Assembly: GCA_004431415.1 (NCBI GenBank)
Contig: QPMI01000007.1
Location: 21,532 to 85,531, forward strand
Source of the DNA: Cyanophora paradoxa CCMP329
Lineage: Eukaryota; Plantae; Glaucophyta
DNA: 64,000 nucleotides
Reading direction: 5' to 3'
Positions within the stretch are counted from its first letter, which is position 1, and the number at the start of each line of letters is the position of its first letter. Below the pieces are notes generated by a model. It ran no database searches. It saw only the letters and a program-made list of their open reading frames with translations, and was not told the DNA's origin. Shown piece after piece: positions 44,951 to 57,033 of the stretch. A program made the translations under genes and the position numbers.

Positions 44951-47900
44951 TCATGGCAGCAAGCCGAAGAAACCGCTGCGGGGAGCCAAAGGGGCAATTC
45001 TCTTCATATCCTCCACGAGCGCCTTCAGCTCATTCTTCACATCCTTGAGTTCGTCCTTTAGCTCCTGAATATTCTCCATCGCCTGACAATGGCCCCGTGG
45101 GTCATAATCAGCCCATGGCGTCGATGGCGATTCGGAGGAAGTTAGAAGCTCGCACCTTGATGCTCTGCTGATGGACAATCTCGTGGAGGATCTCGATGTT
45201 GCGCGGCACGTTCTCCTTCGTGTGCGGCACACGCTCCTGCGGCCACGCTCAGTGAGAAGGCGGCCGCGGAGGGGAATGTTGCTGAGAGACTCTGAGAGGG
45301 GACTCCGAGGGACCTTGAACTGGCCGGAGGGGACGGGGTCTGGCTTCATGCATTTGGTGGCCTCGTCGTACAAGACCGCGAGGCGACTTTCGCCTTTCGC
45401 AAACTTTGCCTTGAGCTCCGCCTCGCGCTGCTCCTGGAAGGCCTTGCACCACGACTCGCGAGTAGTCGCAACTTTAAGAACACTCTCCCTTTGAAGTGCG
45501 AAGATGACAAGAATCGCGATCAAGCTGAGAAGCGTAGCCACGAACAGAAGTGGTAAGGCAAGGGCTGCCGACACCACATTGACGACAGCGACGGCGAGGC
45601 GTGGTGCCGGGCTCAGGGGCAGCCACAGGAGATTCAGCGGTGGTGGGATGTAGCGGTCCATGCAGTGGTACCGCAAGACGATCTGTGTCCGGTTAATTTC
45701 CAACTGGAGCTTAGAGGGGGGATAGAAGCACGAGACAACCTTCGCGCGTCCGAGGGCATACACGTCCTGAGCGTTCTCGAAGATGGCCGTGAAAGAAAAG
45801 CTAGAACTTGGAAAATCAGAACGAAATGGCCAAACTTCGCAGAACTTGCCTGAAGAGACCAGTAAGGACGTTCAGGAGCAGAATAACCTGCAGAGGCGCC
45901 AATGTCAAACAGCTCCCATGGGCCACCATGGGCACATCCACTGTCAGGCAAAGAGCACCGTGATGATTTGATAGATTGAAAAGAAGGCGGAGCCTACAAA
46001 GTGATCGCGATTCAGAGACGTTCGAAATATTAATACAGCATGCTTATATTATAATTAGTTGAAACTGACCGACAATGGGGACACGGGTCCGCATCAAATC
46101 GTAGTCACTCTCGCCCAGAAAAGCAAAATAGAGCGAGCCGCTGGGGGCAGGGGCGCGGCTTGGCGAGAGGGCGTGCCGGCGGTCACTGAATATATATGGA
46201 CTGAGCGCACGCGGTTTCGAGAAGGGTGATGGGCGGCTCGGCATCGATAGTGGCGCGGTTGCGGAACGAAGCCGACCAGCCCCAGAGGGCAAAGAGGAAG
46301 GAGACGAAGACGAGCAGAAAGACGAGGAGCACCGAAAAAATATTCTTAAGCATCTGAGTCCGGTATTAAAGCGATGAAGGCAGGCGCATGCACGGGCGGC
46401 GGGGGCACACCCTGCCGAAGACGGCGAGCATTGGACCTGGCAAGATCCGAAAAGCTTAAGCCGACCGTGGATCGGACGCGGATCCGGAGATCGAACCTAG
46501 GGTGGGGCTAATGTATCCGAACTCCAGGATGCGAAGTAATGCCGGGATGAACACTGCAGGCATATGCATATACGTAATCGACCGAAGTCGGAAGGCCCGA
46601 GGGCTTGATTGAAATATCAATGCTGGCACGCACAGAGGGCAAGCAAGGGCAATGCGTTGTTGGCGAGGTGCACGTGTACGGGGTTCACCTGAACAGCAAT
46701 TGGAGAAGGCTGGAAAACAAAAAGACGTTTCTGAATACCTCAGCAACGATCCCGAGGGCGGTGACCGCGAGGGTGGTGAGGAAGAGGCCAAGATCGAATA
46801 GGTTGAAGACGTCTCCAAGGTACTCCCGTGCGCCCCGCCCTCTCATCTGGATCGGAGACGGTGTGATCTCAATTGCGAGGGAGAGCGGCACTGGGCATAG
46901 CTTGCAGCCGCGCCTCATAGAATTCTGAGAGGAGCATGCCCAAGCAGTGGATTGCGAGGAGAGCAAGGGGCGGGAGGCGGGACTGTCCAGCTGCAGACTC
47001 TCCAACCCAGCTCGATACGGCTGTCAGGCGGAAATTAATTAAAAAAGAGATCTTGACTCAACCCAACGAAGTAGGCGAGGGCACCGAGGGCGAGAAGGAG
47101 GAGGTAGATGAGGTACGTTACGAGGTCAGCGCCAAACCGGGCCGCCCAGTGGTTGAAGAGGTGCTTCTTGGCCTCCCACCAGAGATGTGGACGGCCCGTG
47201 GCATTATTTATTGCGAGGTATTCGGGCTTAACCTTGCAGTCACGAGCGCAATCGCTCAGAGAAGGGACGAGCGCAATCACTGCCGAGAAGAACGCCATCC
47301 CCATGTACATTGGAAGCTCCATCACCTGTGAGGCGAAATGAAAGGAGGAGATTTAACTGATCAAGAAGGCTGCTTCGAAAGCAAGGCAAGGTTTTGATCA
47401 AAATATTGCGCACCGCAGGGATACTCTCGTAAAGGCGCTGGCTGAAGCGCTGCACAAAGGGGTGGCCCTGCATGGGAGCGGCATCAGCGAAGCGGCTATT
47501 GCAACTAGGAGGAAGAGTCAAAGCTGCACACAAAAAAGGTGTGCAAGTCAAGCTTGGCAGCGATGTCGAAGACGTTCCCAACACCGGGCAAGCGACACAT
47601 CAGAGCCTGTGCAATGGTGGATCATCTGATGGAGTGGGCGTGGGGCTGGGGTTGTGCGGCTTAATTGGTTCGTTGTTGCGCACATTGACAGAGTCTTCCA
47701 CAGAGAACTTCTCTTCCACTTTCAAAATTGAAAGCACCTGCAATTTGCCGAAGGCCTGCTCCATGGCGTCCAGCACCTACACGCTACCGTTACAGACAGA
47801 CGGGAATTGTTTTCAAATGCAGTGCGTCCTCCGAAGAAGTTTCCGAACCTGGAAAGCCACGTCGACGGCCTCCGCACGGCGCTTGAGGAGGAGCGATGCC

Positions 47901-49300
47901 TGGTCGGGGCTTGCCCTCGCGGCCCCCTGCGGTGCCAGTTACAATTGAAGTGAAGCCTGAAGTGTCAAGGTCTGTTTGACGGACCTCAAACAGATGGGCG
48001 AGGTGGAGGGCGCAGTGAAGCTTGGCGGCGGGGAACTTGTCGACGATGGCGGCGGGGCTGCAGTCGGCTCCGAGGACTTTGACAGCTGCCTTGCAGACGC
48101 CATTCACGGCGGCCGGGGAAAATCCACCGTTTTTCTGCTTGAGAATGTAGTTGAAGAGGGCCTTGGAGTCAGCAGCCCTATCGAAGGCGGTCTTCCCGTC
48201 CTTGTCTTTCAGGTCCGATGCTGCCCCCTTCTCAAGGAGGAGAGCCATTATGCGCCAGCTCACTTCCGAATTCCACCTGCCAGCATAGTGAAGCGGCGTC
48301 CGCCCGTGCTCCTGCATGGCACGTCAGCTCACAGGCGGCGTGGCGGGGCGAAGAAAGCGGACGTCAACGGCGTCCACTGGCGCGCCACGGTCGAGCAGGA
48401 GGCGGGCGACCGCCTCGTGGCCGCCCTCCGCTGCTTGGTGGAGCGGCGTTTCCCCTGTATTCTGCAGAGAGTATCGGCTCGCAGGCGGCGCAGCGTGATG
48501 AGGGGAGAGGCACTTCAGCTGCGTCCACTCGCGCGCCGCGGTCGAGCAAGAGCCTGCAAAAGGGGGAGGTTAACGGGTGGATTACGAGGCACGTGCACGG
48601 GGCCTCCCGCACCTGACGATTTGCTCGTGCCCCTTGCTCGCGGCCGCGTGGATGGGATGCCAGCCCTTATCGTGCAGATCAAGATCGCATGGTAGCGTGG
48701 GGTCCGCGCCGCGCTCGAGCAGCAGCCGCGCGGCGGCCTCGTGGCCGTGCCAGCACGCGAGCCACAGCGCCGTGCAGTCCGCTTTCTTCTCGAAGGCTCC
48801 TTTCTCAATGATCGTCTTCCCCTTTGCGTCGACCTTCTGCCCGCCGTACGCGTCCAGCATCGTTCTGCCGAAAGAAGGCCGGCCGCGCGCGGTCAGCAGG
48901 GCGCGGCGGGCCGCCCTGGGCGGCGCCTTACCGGAGGGCGTCCGTGTCCCCATCCTCCGCCGCCTTAAACCACTTCGCGTTTGGCAAGTCCGCGTTGCTG
49001 CCATATGCATTAGACGCGGCGCCAGCGGGAGCCGGGGCCGGACGCGGGGCCACGGCCCCGGCGCCTTCGGCCGCCGCGTCGAAGGGGCTCTCTCCTGCGG
49101 CGAGGAGCGTCGCGCGGTCGTCGCCTGCAGCTGGCGCCGTGGTGCCTGCGCATGCGGTGGAGAATTTCGAATCAGCGCCGCAACGTTAACGGGCGGGGCG
49201 GGCAAGGCGGACCGCGCGGGACGAAGGCGACCGGCGGCGGCGGAGTCTCGTCCAGTGCCTGGAACCGGTGTGCCCCTAGGCCTAGGCCTGCAGTGCGCGC
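44951..49300 (-). CDS. Ankyrin-repeat TRP-family cation channel
   Basis: Ankyrin repeats (TALWLACWHGH, HPIHAAASKGH, GRTPLHYAG); TM region LGMLLSEFYE|M..GAREYLGDVFNLFD, LLRILEF..ISPTLGPML, pore SLYFAFLGE, S6 LLLNVLTGLFS and a TRP-box-like ENAQDVYALGRAK; C-terminal coiled coil. The start codon is not resolved. Confidence 0.82.
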
Positions 49301-49689
49301 GGCGGCGCGGCGCGCGCGCCGACCGGTCGGTCAGCTTCTTAACGGGCGATGCGATCGACCGCGATGGACAATAGTTTCGTGGTTCGTTTCGAATGCTGAC
49401 GGGCAACGAATCCGGCGGGCTGGACCGAGGCTGAACGCACCAGAGCGTGCGGAGCGAGCCTGGCCCGTTCCCGTGTGGCCAGACATCGATCGTGTCGATC
49501 AGACCGTCGGACGCGAAAGCTGTGGGTAACGCTCGAATTCGAAGAACTGCCGCGCCCGCAACCTGCGAACCCCAGCTCGCGATTGGCGTACCCTGACGAA
49601 ATTGGCTCTGTTTAAATTGGCATGCGCCATGCGCCGCCGCAGCTGCAGGGATCGGACTGCTGGGCGCACGTCAAGCATCCGCAGGGTCC

Positions 49690-50795
49690 ACAGCCGCGCG
49701 CCTCGACCGCGTCCGAGTTCACTGACGCGCGACCGTCGGACCACGTGCACAGCGGCCATGGCCACAACGCGCGATCTAGATCTGCAGCTGGTGCGCCGCC
49801 GCCACGTCCCTCATCTCTCGCCTCACAGCCGCTGCAGCGCGCGTTTGGAGCACTTTGAGATCTAGATCTGACGCGCTCCGGAGGGCGGCAAGACGCGCGG
49901 ACGGGGCTGGAGTGCGCCCGCAGGCAGGCTCGGGCAGGCGCGGAGGCTGCGCGGGCCGCACCCTCCGGGCTCCGCCGCCGGGTCCTTCCTCTCTCGCCTC
50001 GTAGCCGCCGCAGCGCTTGTTGTGAGGCGCTCCGTATGGAGGCAGGACGAGCGGAATGGGCTGGAATCCGAGCCCGGGCAGGCGCGGAGGGCCGAAGGCC
50101 GCGCAGACTCCAACCCGGTGACCGACCCCGCGCGACCTAAGCGGACCCTTTCCTCGTCCCCGCCGCGTACGGGTGCGCTTCGGCCCGGCGCCGCCACCTT
50201 CGAGCCTGCTCCCCGCCCCTCTCACACCCGGCCAAACAGTATTTTCGATGTACCCCTCCGCCACGGTGCCGCCGAAGCCCCGCAAGCGCACCGCTGGAGT
50301 CCACTTGTCATTCCCGATCGAACGGTGTGTGGCACGCCGCCGGGGTGCGTCCGAAGTACCCGTACCCCCCCTACCCCTCCGGACCCGACCTTCGCCCCAG
50401 GACCCCGTTGGACTTTTGCCCGCCCCTCCCGAGCACGGCGGATCCGATGGTGCTCGCCGCGCCGCCCGTGCCCACGAGCCCGAAGCACTGGAACCGCGAC
50501 CGACCCTCTCAGCAGGTACCCCGGCGCCCCCCGGGGCCGGCCCCACGGCCGGAAGGCCCCTGCACTCGCCTCGGGCACTCTGTGAGCTATGGGCGCCCCG
50601 CACAGACCGCGGAAGAGGGGGCGGGGTCGCCGGCGCGCCGGGGCCGAGCCCGGAGAGGCCGGAGGCGCGCGCTGCGGGCGCCTCGGGCCCGCCCGACCGC
50701 AGACAAGGGCGAAAGGGGCGGCGAAAGTCGTCGGTTCGAGCCCGGGGCCCGCCCCCCCGCCCCCCGCGCCCCTCGCGGGCGCCCTCGCGCCCCTT
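49690..50795. repeat. Dispersed repeat A, copy 2 (with an extra ~150-bp internal subunit)
   Basis: Homologous to 42169-43230; ~49795-49960 and ~49970-50105 are diverged tandem subunits. Confidence 0.8.
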
Positions 50796-50944
50796 CGCCC
50801 GCGCGCGCCACAGCGCGGTCCGGCGGGACCCAGGCCCGCCAATTGGCTCGGCGAGACGAGGCGGGGCGTGCGTGGGAAGTGCCCCGTCCCCGCGACGCGA
50901 GGCGCGCTGAGGCCGCTTGCGGGGGCGGGGCGGTGGCGCGGCCC

Positions 50945-51802
50945 ATGGCCAGCGGCAGCGCAGGCGCGCCCCCGTCGGTCGCCGCGTCGGTGCTGGTCTG
51001 GCCCGCCCCCGTGGCCCTCGAGTGGCTGCGCCGAAAGTGCTTCATCCCCGAGGCCTCCCCCGAGTCCGATGCCCCCACGCCCTTCCCGCGGCCCGCAGCG
51101 CCGGCCTGACCCCAGCGCGTCTCGCAGGCTGCAGTGCCTGCGACGGCTGGCGCTGACGGGGCGGGCACTGCTGATGCGGCCGGCGGAGGCGCTGCGGGGC
51201 CGGCTGCTGGAGAAGCGGCGGGAGCTGTACCCCGACGCCGGCCTCGAGCTCGTCGACGCCCTCGACGCGGTCCTGGACGCCCTCGACTACGAGGTGCGTG
51301 TCCGTGTCCGTGCGCGGGCGGTCTAATCGGCGTACCCCTCGGCTCAGCTGAGCGCTCGCTCGCCCTTCCTTCCGCGGGTGGAGCTCCTCGTCCAAGACGC
51401 CACGCGGCGGTGCGGGAGGCCCTCCCCTGGCCTATAATTAGCCCCCGTACACTCAGTGCTCTCGCCGAGTCGTACCCCCCGGTCCCTAGGCCTGAAGCTC
51501 ATCGTGGGCTCGCCGCGCTCATGATCAGGTGCGGGAACGACAACGCGGCGGCCGGGGAGATCCGGCGTCTCTTCGAGATGCGGTGGACGGCGACGCGGGC
51601 CGGCGGGTCTGGCGCCGGGAAAGGCGGCGAGAACGCGGCGGCTCCGAGGCTCGAGATGCATGTGCATACATATAAAACACGATGGAGGCCTCGGGAGCCT
51701 CCTGCCCGCGGCCCAAGCCCGCGGGAGTACTACGGTATAAGTATGATGATCAATTTCAATGCCGTCAAAGCTTTCTTGGGCAAGCATATATCGGCGTTGT
51801 GA
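50945..51802 (+). CDS. Hypothetical protein with an N-terminal SAM-like domain
   Basis: VLVWPAPVALEWLRRKCFIPE|CLRRLALTGRALLMRPAEALR resembles the SAM pattern W..(V)..WL....(I/L)xG..LL. The later exons are uncertain. Confidence 0.4.
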
Positions 51803-54800
51803 TCATATTCGATATATATGAGCTTACGTCTAGTAGCGGCCCTCCGGCTCGCCGAGGGTGGGCGAGGCGGCCGCCGGCCGCGAGTAGAGCGCCTGCGCCC
51901 TGCGCACGCGAGGGGGCGTCAGGGCCGGGCGCCCCCCAAAAAGGGAAGGCGGGCGGGGGGTACCGGGCGAGGGCGATGGCGGCGTCGGATCCCTCGCGCG
52001 GGGGCAGGGAGAAGCGCTCGATGCGCTGCGCGGCGCCGCTGATGGGCGCCGCCGCCGGCTTGCCGACGGTGCCGGCCTTGACGAGGTCGATGCGGGGCGG
52101 GGGCTTCGTCAGCTCCGCCCACTCCAGCATCTTCTCCTTCATCGCCACTGCCCGCGAACGAAGCCGTCGGCGACGGCGAGGCGGAGCGGAGCGTACCCCC
52201 CGTGGGGAGGAAATGGGAGAAGGGTACCGTCGCGGCGGACGTCGTCGTCGTGGTCGGGGATGAACGCGCGGAGGGCCCACTGCGCCGCGCGGCCGCCCGG
52301 CCCCCGTCAGCTCTGGGTTTTTTTTTGGGGGGGGGGACGGGGGAGGGGGGTACCTTGATGCCGAAGACGACGTGCTCGACAGCGACGAGGGTGAAGAGCT
52401 TCCAGAACTTGGGGTTCTTGGGTGGGGAGGGGGCGGGGCGTGAGGGGGGTACGGGTGCTGGGGAGGGGAGGGGGGTACCGGGATGCCGCGCTTGGTGAAA
52501 ACCTCGTCGACGGAGGTCGAGACGAAGCAGAGGATGAGCACTGCGGGGGCGGAGGGTGAGCGCGGGCGGGGCGATAAAGGACTAGCTAGCAACGTAGAGA
52601 TCGAGCACTAGGTTTCTTAAGCAGCGCTAGGTTTCTTAACTAGCTAGGTAGAGAGCGCGGCTCGGCTCGGCTCGGCGCGGGCGCAGGGGGCGGACCGTTT
52701 GTGACGATGGCGGCGTTGGACATGATGTCGAGGATGCCGAACCAGGGGCCGATGTCCTTGGCGCCCGAGACCCCGGGCCGCTTCTGGATGCGCATGAACT
52801 TGACTGCGTCCGTCCGCAGCTCCACGATGTTGTTCAGCAGGGCGAGGACGGCCGCGAGGGGGAAGCCCGAGGCGAACAGCGTCACGTAGCCGAATCTTAA
52901 GGAAGGGGTGGGGAGAAGGGGGGGGGGGGGGGGTAGAGTGAGAGGAGGTTCGGCGGGCGGGGGGGGGGGGGGGGGGGGGGAGGGAGGAGGGGGCACTGGA
53001 TGATCATCTCGTTGTAGTCGGCGAAGAGGCCGTCGTAGTCGGGCACTGCCGGGGGGGTTCAGTTCAGGGGGGTAGAGGAGGAAAGGGAGAGGGGCGGGAA
53101 AGCACTGTTCGACTGGCGCTCGATCTGAGTGAGCTGCGAAGGAGAGCCGGTAAGTTATAGGGGGTAAAAGAGCAGGGGGAGGGGGGTACGTGCGCACGTC
53201 CGCGTCGGCGAAGGTGCGCTCCTTGGTGACCTTGCGCTTGCCGTTCTCGCGCCAGAGCGGGAGCAGGCTCTTGACGAAGGGGAGGGCGAGCTCGATGGAG
53301 TTGCCGACGAAGATCTGGACGACGAAGACGGAGGCGAGCTGCTTGTTCAGCTCGAACATGCAGTTGGGGGGCGCCATGCCGTCGCCCACGACGGGCAGGC
53401 ACTGCTGCGGCTTCCCCCCGAAGATCGACGGGCCGAAGTTCTTGACAAAGGCCTGCGAAGGGGGGGCGGAGGGAGGGGGGAGGGAGGGCGGGCGCCCCGT
53501 GCGTGAGCGGGCGGGCGGGCGGGCGAGCGGGCGGGCATCAGAGAGAGGGCGAGAGAAGCCCCGCGCACGATGTAGTAGTAGGCGATGTACTGCAGGAGGA
53601 GGGGTAGCAGGTCAGCGCGGGGCACTTTTTTGGGGGGGGGGGAGAGGGCAGGGGTACGCGCGTTGTTGACGAACTGGAAGAGGAAGACCTTGGAGATGAG
53701 CGAGGACTCGTACTTGGACTGCCACACGTGGTCCTCCCGGTCCGTGATGTACTTCGCAACCTGGCCGACCCGGGTTCGACTCCGCGCGGGGGCAAAACGA
53801 CACGGGATCGATCCCCCCGCGGTGAACTTCGCACCCTGTAGTAAACGAAGTCGAGGACCTTGATCGTGATCGCGCTGGGGGTACAGGATAAGGTGGAGTC
53901 GGGGGAAGGGGGTACGGCAGGAAAAGCGGACAAGGAGGGACCGCCGATGTAGGAGGCCCACTGGGGGCCCTTGTTGAAGTAGAGCCACTCGCGGAGGGCG
54001 AGCAGCGTCATCGCAGCCGCCAGCACGATCTGTAGGGGGGGATAAGGGTGAGGGGGGGTACAGGAAGAGGGGGCGGGGGTGGGGGGTACGGCGCACGACG
54101 ACGGCGGTGGTGATGGCACCGTACCCCACGAGGTACCACTTGCGGAGGAAGTGGTACCGGTGTCCCAGGTCCTTGAACTCGGCCTTGTACACCCAGTCTG
54201 CGGGGGGTACGGCATCAGGCTCTATTAAAAGGGGTTGGGGAGGGGTGGTAGAGGAAGGGGTCGGGATCCGAGACGGGGTTACCGCACCGAAGTGCTTGGC
54301 GTACTTCTTCTTGATGACGGTGTACTCCTTGCGGAGGGGTACCGAGACCCACTCCTCTTCCTTGGTCCAGAAGCCCTCGGTGAGATGGCCCTTGAACTCG
54401 GGCCGCTCGATCTCGGCCTGGGTACGCGCTCGGCCCGTGAGGCAGGGTACGGGAGAGACCCCCGGCGCCGTCTCGGGCGGGGACTGCGTTCGCACCTGCT
54501 CGGTCTGCTCCCAGCGGTGCGCCAGCATGTTCTGGTTCCGCTTCCACCACTCGAGGAAGACGGAGACCGAAATCGCCAGGAAGATGCAGTAGAACGGCAT
54601 CACGTACCCTGGAGGGGGGGATCAGGGCTGGGGGGATGATCTACGGGGGGAGGGCGGGCGGGCGGGCCGGGCACCGTCGTAGGTGTTGTAGGCGCGGACC
54701 TCGGTAAGCCCCGTGGCGGGGTTCACGACGAGATAGTCGTCCCTGTCCTGTTGTTGTTGCACGACGGGCCTCAGCCGCGCGCCTTCTTCTCCCTCCTGGC

Positions 54801-56627
54801 AAGAGCGGAGGGGGAGCGGACCGTGGCCTGGGCGACGAAGACCCCGGCGCCGACCAGCGCGGAGAAGACGAGCCAGACTGCAAGAGAAGAAAGAGCAAGT
54901 AAGAAGGGAAAGGAAGCGGGACAAGAGGAGGAGAGAAGAGGGGGCGGGCGGGGCGCACGGGTGTAGACCTCGAGGAAGCCGAAGTACATCGCGATCGACT
55001 CGCCTGCGCGGCAGGGGGCCTCTCTGTTAGTAGATGTGCGTCTTAGAGTACCCCCCTCGAGCTCGTTCTCCGCACCGAAGTAGTCCCGGATCATGTCCAG
55101 GCGCTCGAAGGCAGGCTTGTAGAGCTCCTTCTCCGCGCGCCCTTGCGCGTCGTACACCACGCGCTCCTTCTTGTACCCCAACCACTGCCGCCCGGGGTCG
55201 GCCAGGGAGGGGTAGGGGGGAAGGGAGACGGGGGTACCTGGAAGAACTTGAAGGGGTCGCGGGATTTGATCCAGCGGTTCTCGAGGACGACGCGCTCCTG
55301 CTCGTCGTGGAGGGGGAAGAACTCCTTCACGTACCCCTCCTCCTGCGCGGCCGGGCGGTGAGCAGCCTGTCGAGGCGGGACCGAAAAAGGAAAGGAAAGA
55401 AAGAGAGCGCACCCGCGACTCGCCAAGGGAGAGGCCGGCGCCGCCGCGTTGCCTGTCAGATGGAATGAGAACAGTGGCGCGAGACGAGCGGATTCGAACG
55501 GCACGAGAGGCCGCACGGGTGCTGCGAGATGAGGGTCTGGAGCTGCGGGGGCGTGAGCGACGGTGGGGCGGGGCGGGGCGGGGCTCCGGCGCGCCATGTG
55601 AATGCGCTCGCGCGAGTTGAAGAAGGCCTGGCCCTCCTGCGGGTCGGCGAAGAGGTGCGCGTGGTTCCGGTTGAACCTGCGCGGCACGCGGCCGGTCAGC
55701 CGCGGGCCTCCGGCGCTGAATGCGGCCGGTCCCGAGCGCACTCCATCTCCTCCATGCCGTCGATCTTGTGGCGGAGCTTCTTCTTGATCTTGAGAACCTG
55801 CGGCGGCGTCGAGTCGCAGATGCAAGAAAGGAGACGGCGCTCGGACCTCGGCGTAGGTCTGGAAAAAGGCCTCGTCGCCGCCGACGAGGAGGAAGTGCTC
55901 CGGGTTCGTGTGAAACCGGCTCTCCTGCTCGTCCAGCATGATGCCCTTGATCTGTGCGCGCGCGGCGGTCGGCGCGCGGGGCTGCAACGGCGGCGGCCGG
56001 GCGGCGACGGGGCGGCGGCAGCGGCGGTCCGGCGGTCCTGTGGCGCGTAGCGCACCTTGCGAAGGCTCTGCTTGATGCTTTCAAAGACCTGCTGGTGCGC
56101 CAGCCCTTGTTTCTTGTTCGACTTGAGCATGTCGCGGTCAAACACAATGACATAGTCAAACCAGGGGCCCTTCGCTGCGCCTGCGAGCAAGCGTTTAGTT
56201 CGTGTGCTTAGCTTTCAAACGTCGTCCCCGGTCGGACGCACCGGTGGCGGCACCGACCGCGGGAAGGTTATCGAACTGCTCGGCGGGAAGCTCGACTTGC
56301 ACAACCTCGGGCTCATTGTCATCCACGAATGTAAGACCATGACCGGCGGCCAGTCCGCCGCCGGTACGTGCGGCGCCGACGCCGGCAGGACGACTGTGCG
56401 ACGTTAGGAAGGCCGCACGGCTAAGGCCGTCGCAAGATGGTGACAGCGAACCCAATACTGCTTTGAGACGATTCGACGTCCTGCTCCTCGAAGCGCGTGT
56501 ATGCGATGCCGCCCCCGAGCTCCGTCGCTCCGCGGGAGCCACGCCTGCGGCGCTAGGCGTTGGCTAGACGCTCCAGCGCATGCGCCAGCGTTCCTGCTCA
56601 CCCCTGAAGGGCCTTCCGGCTCGCCAT
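51765..56627 (-). CDS. Anoctamin / TMEM16 family Ca2+-activated channel or scramblase
   Basis: [89 protein letters not shown]. The start and exact stop are less certain. Confidence 0.93.
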
Positions 56628-57033
56628 GCCGCCTGCCTCAGGCTAGATGCACGCTCGGTACCCTCGACCTTCGGTTAGGCTGCTGGACCGGTACGTGAAG
56701 TTTCGCGTGCCGGTCACCGCAGCTGCAGCCTGCAGCCGGTGAGCCTCGAAGAGCGAAGCGTTTGCGATCGATATATCGCTAGCGCTGCGCGCTCGGCCGG
56801 CCGACTGGCGGACCCCCGGATCAAATTCGACGTCGACGTCGACGTCATGCCTCTGTGAGGGCTCCGAGCTAGGCTCGCTCGGCATGCAGGCTTGAAAAAC
56901 CCCAAGCCCGGCGCCACGCGGCAGGCTCCGGCAGGTCTAGCTCGCGCGTCACGCACCCAGACGGCTCAAGCTTCCAGCCACACGCCGGCCGCGGCTTTCT
57001 CGCTTTCGAATTCATAGAAGCTAGCTATAGGGC

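Noticed and set aside
15573-56627. Functional cluster of Ca2+/Mg2+ signalling genes (PRL, CaMK, TRP, anoctamin) or of ubiquitin genes
   Set aside because: These are large common families interspersed with unrelated genes, with no shared regulatory signature visible.
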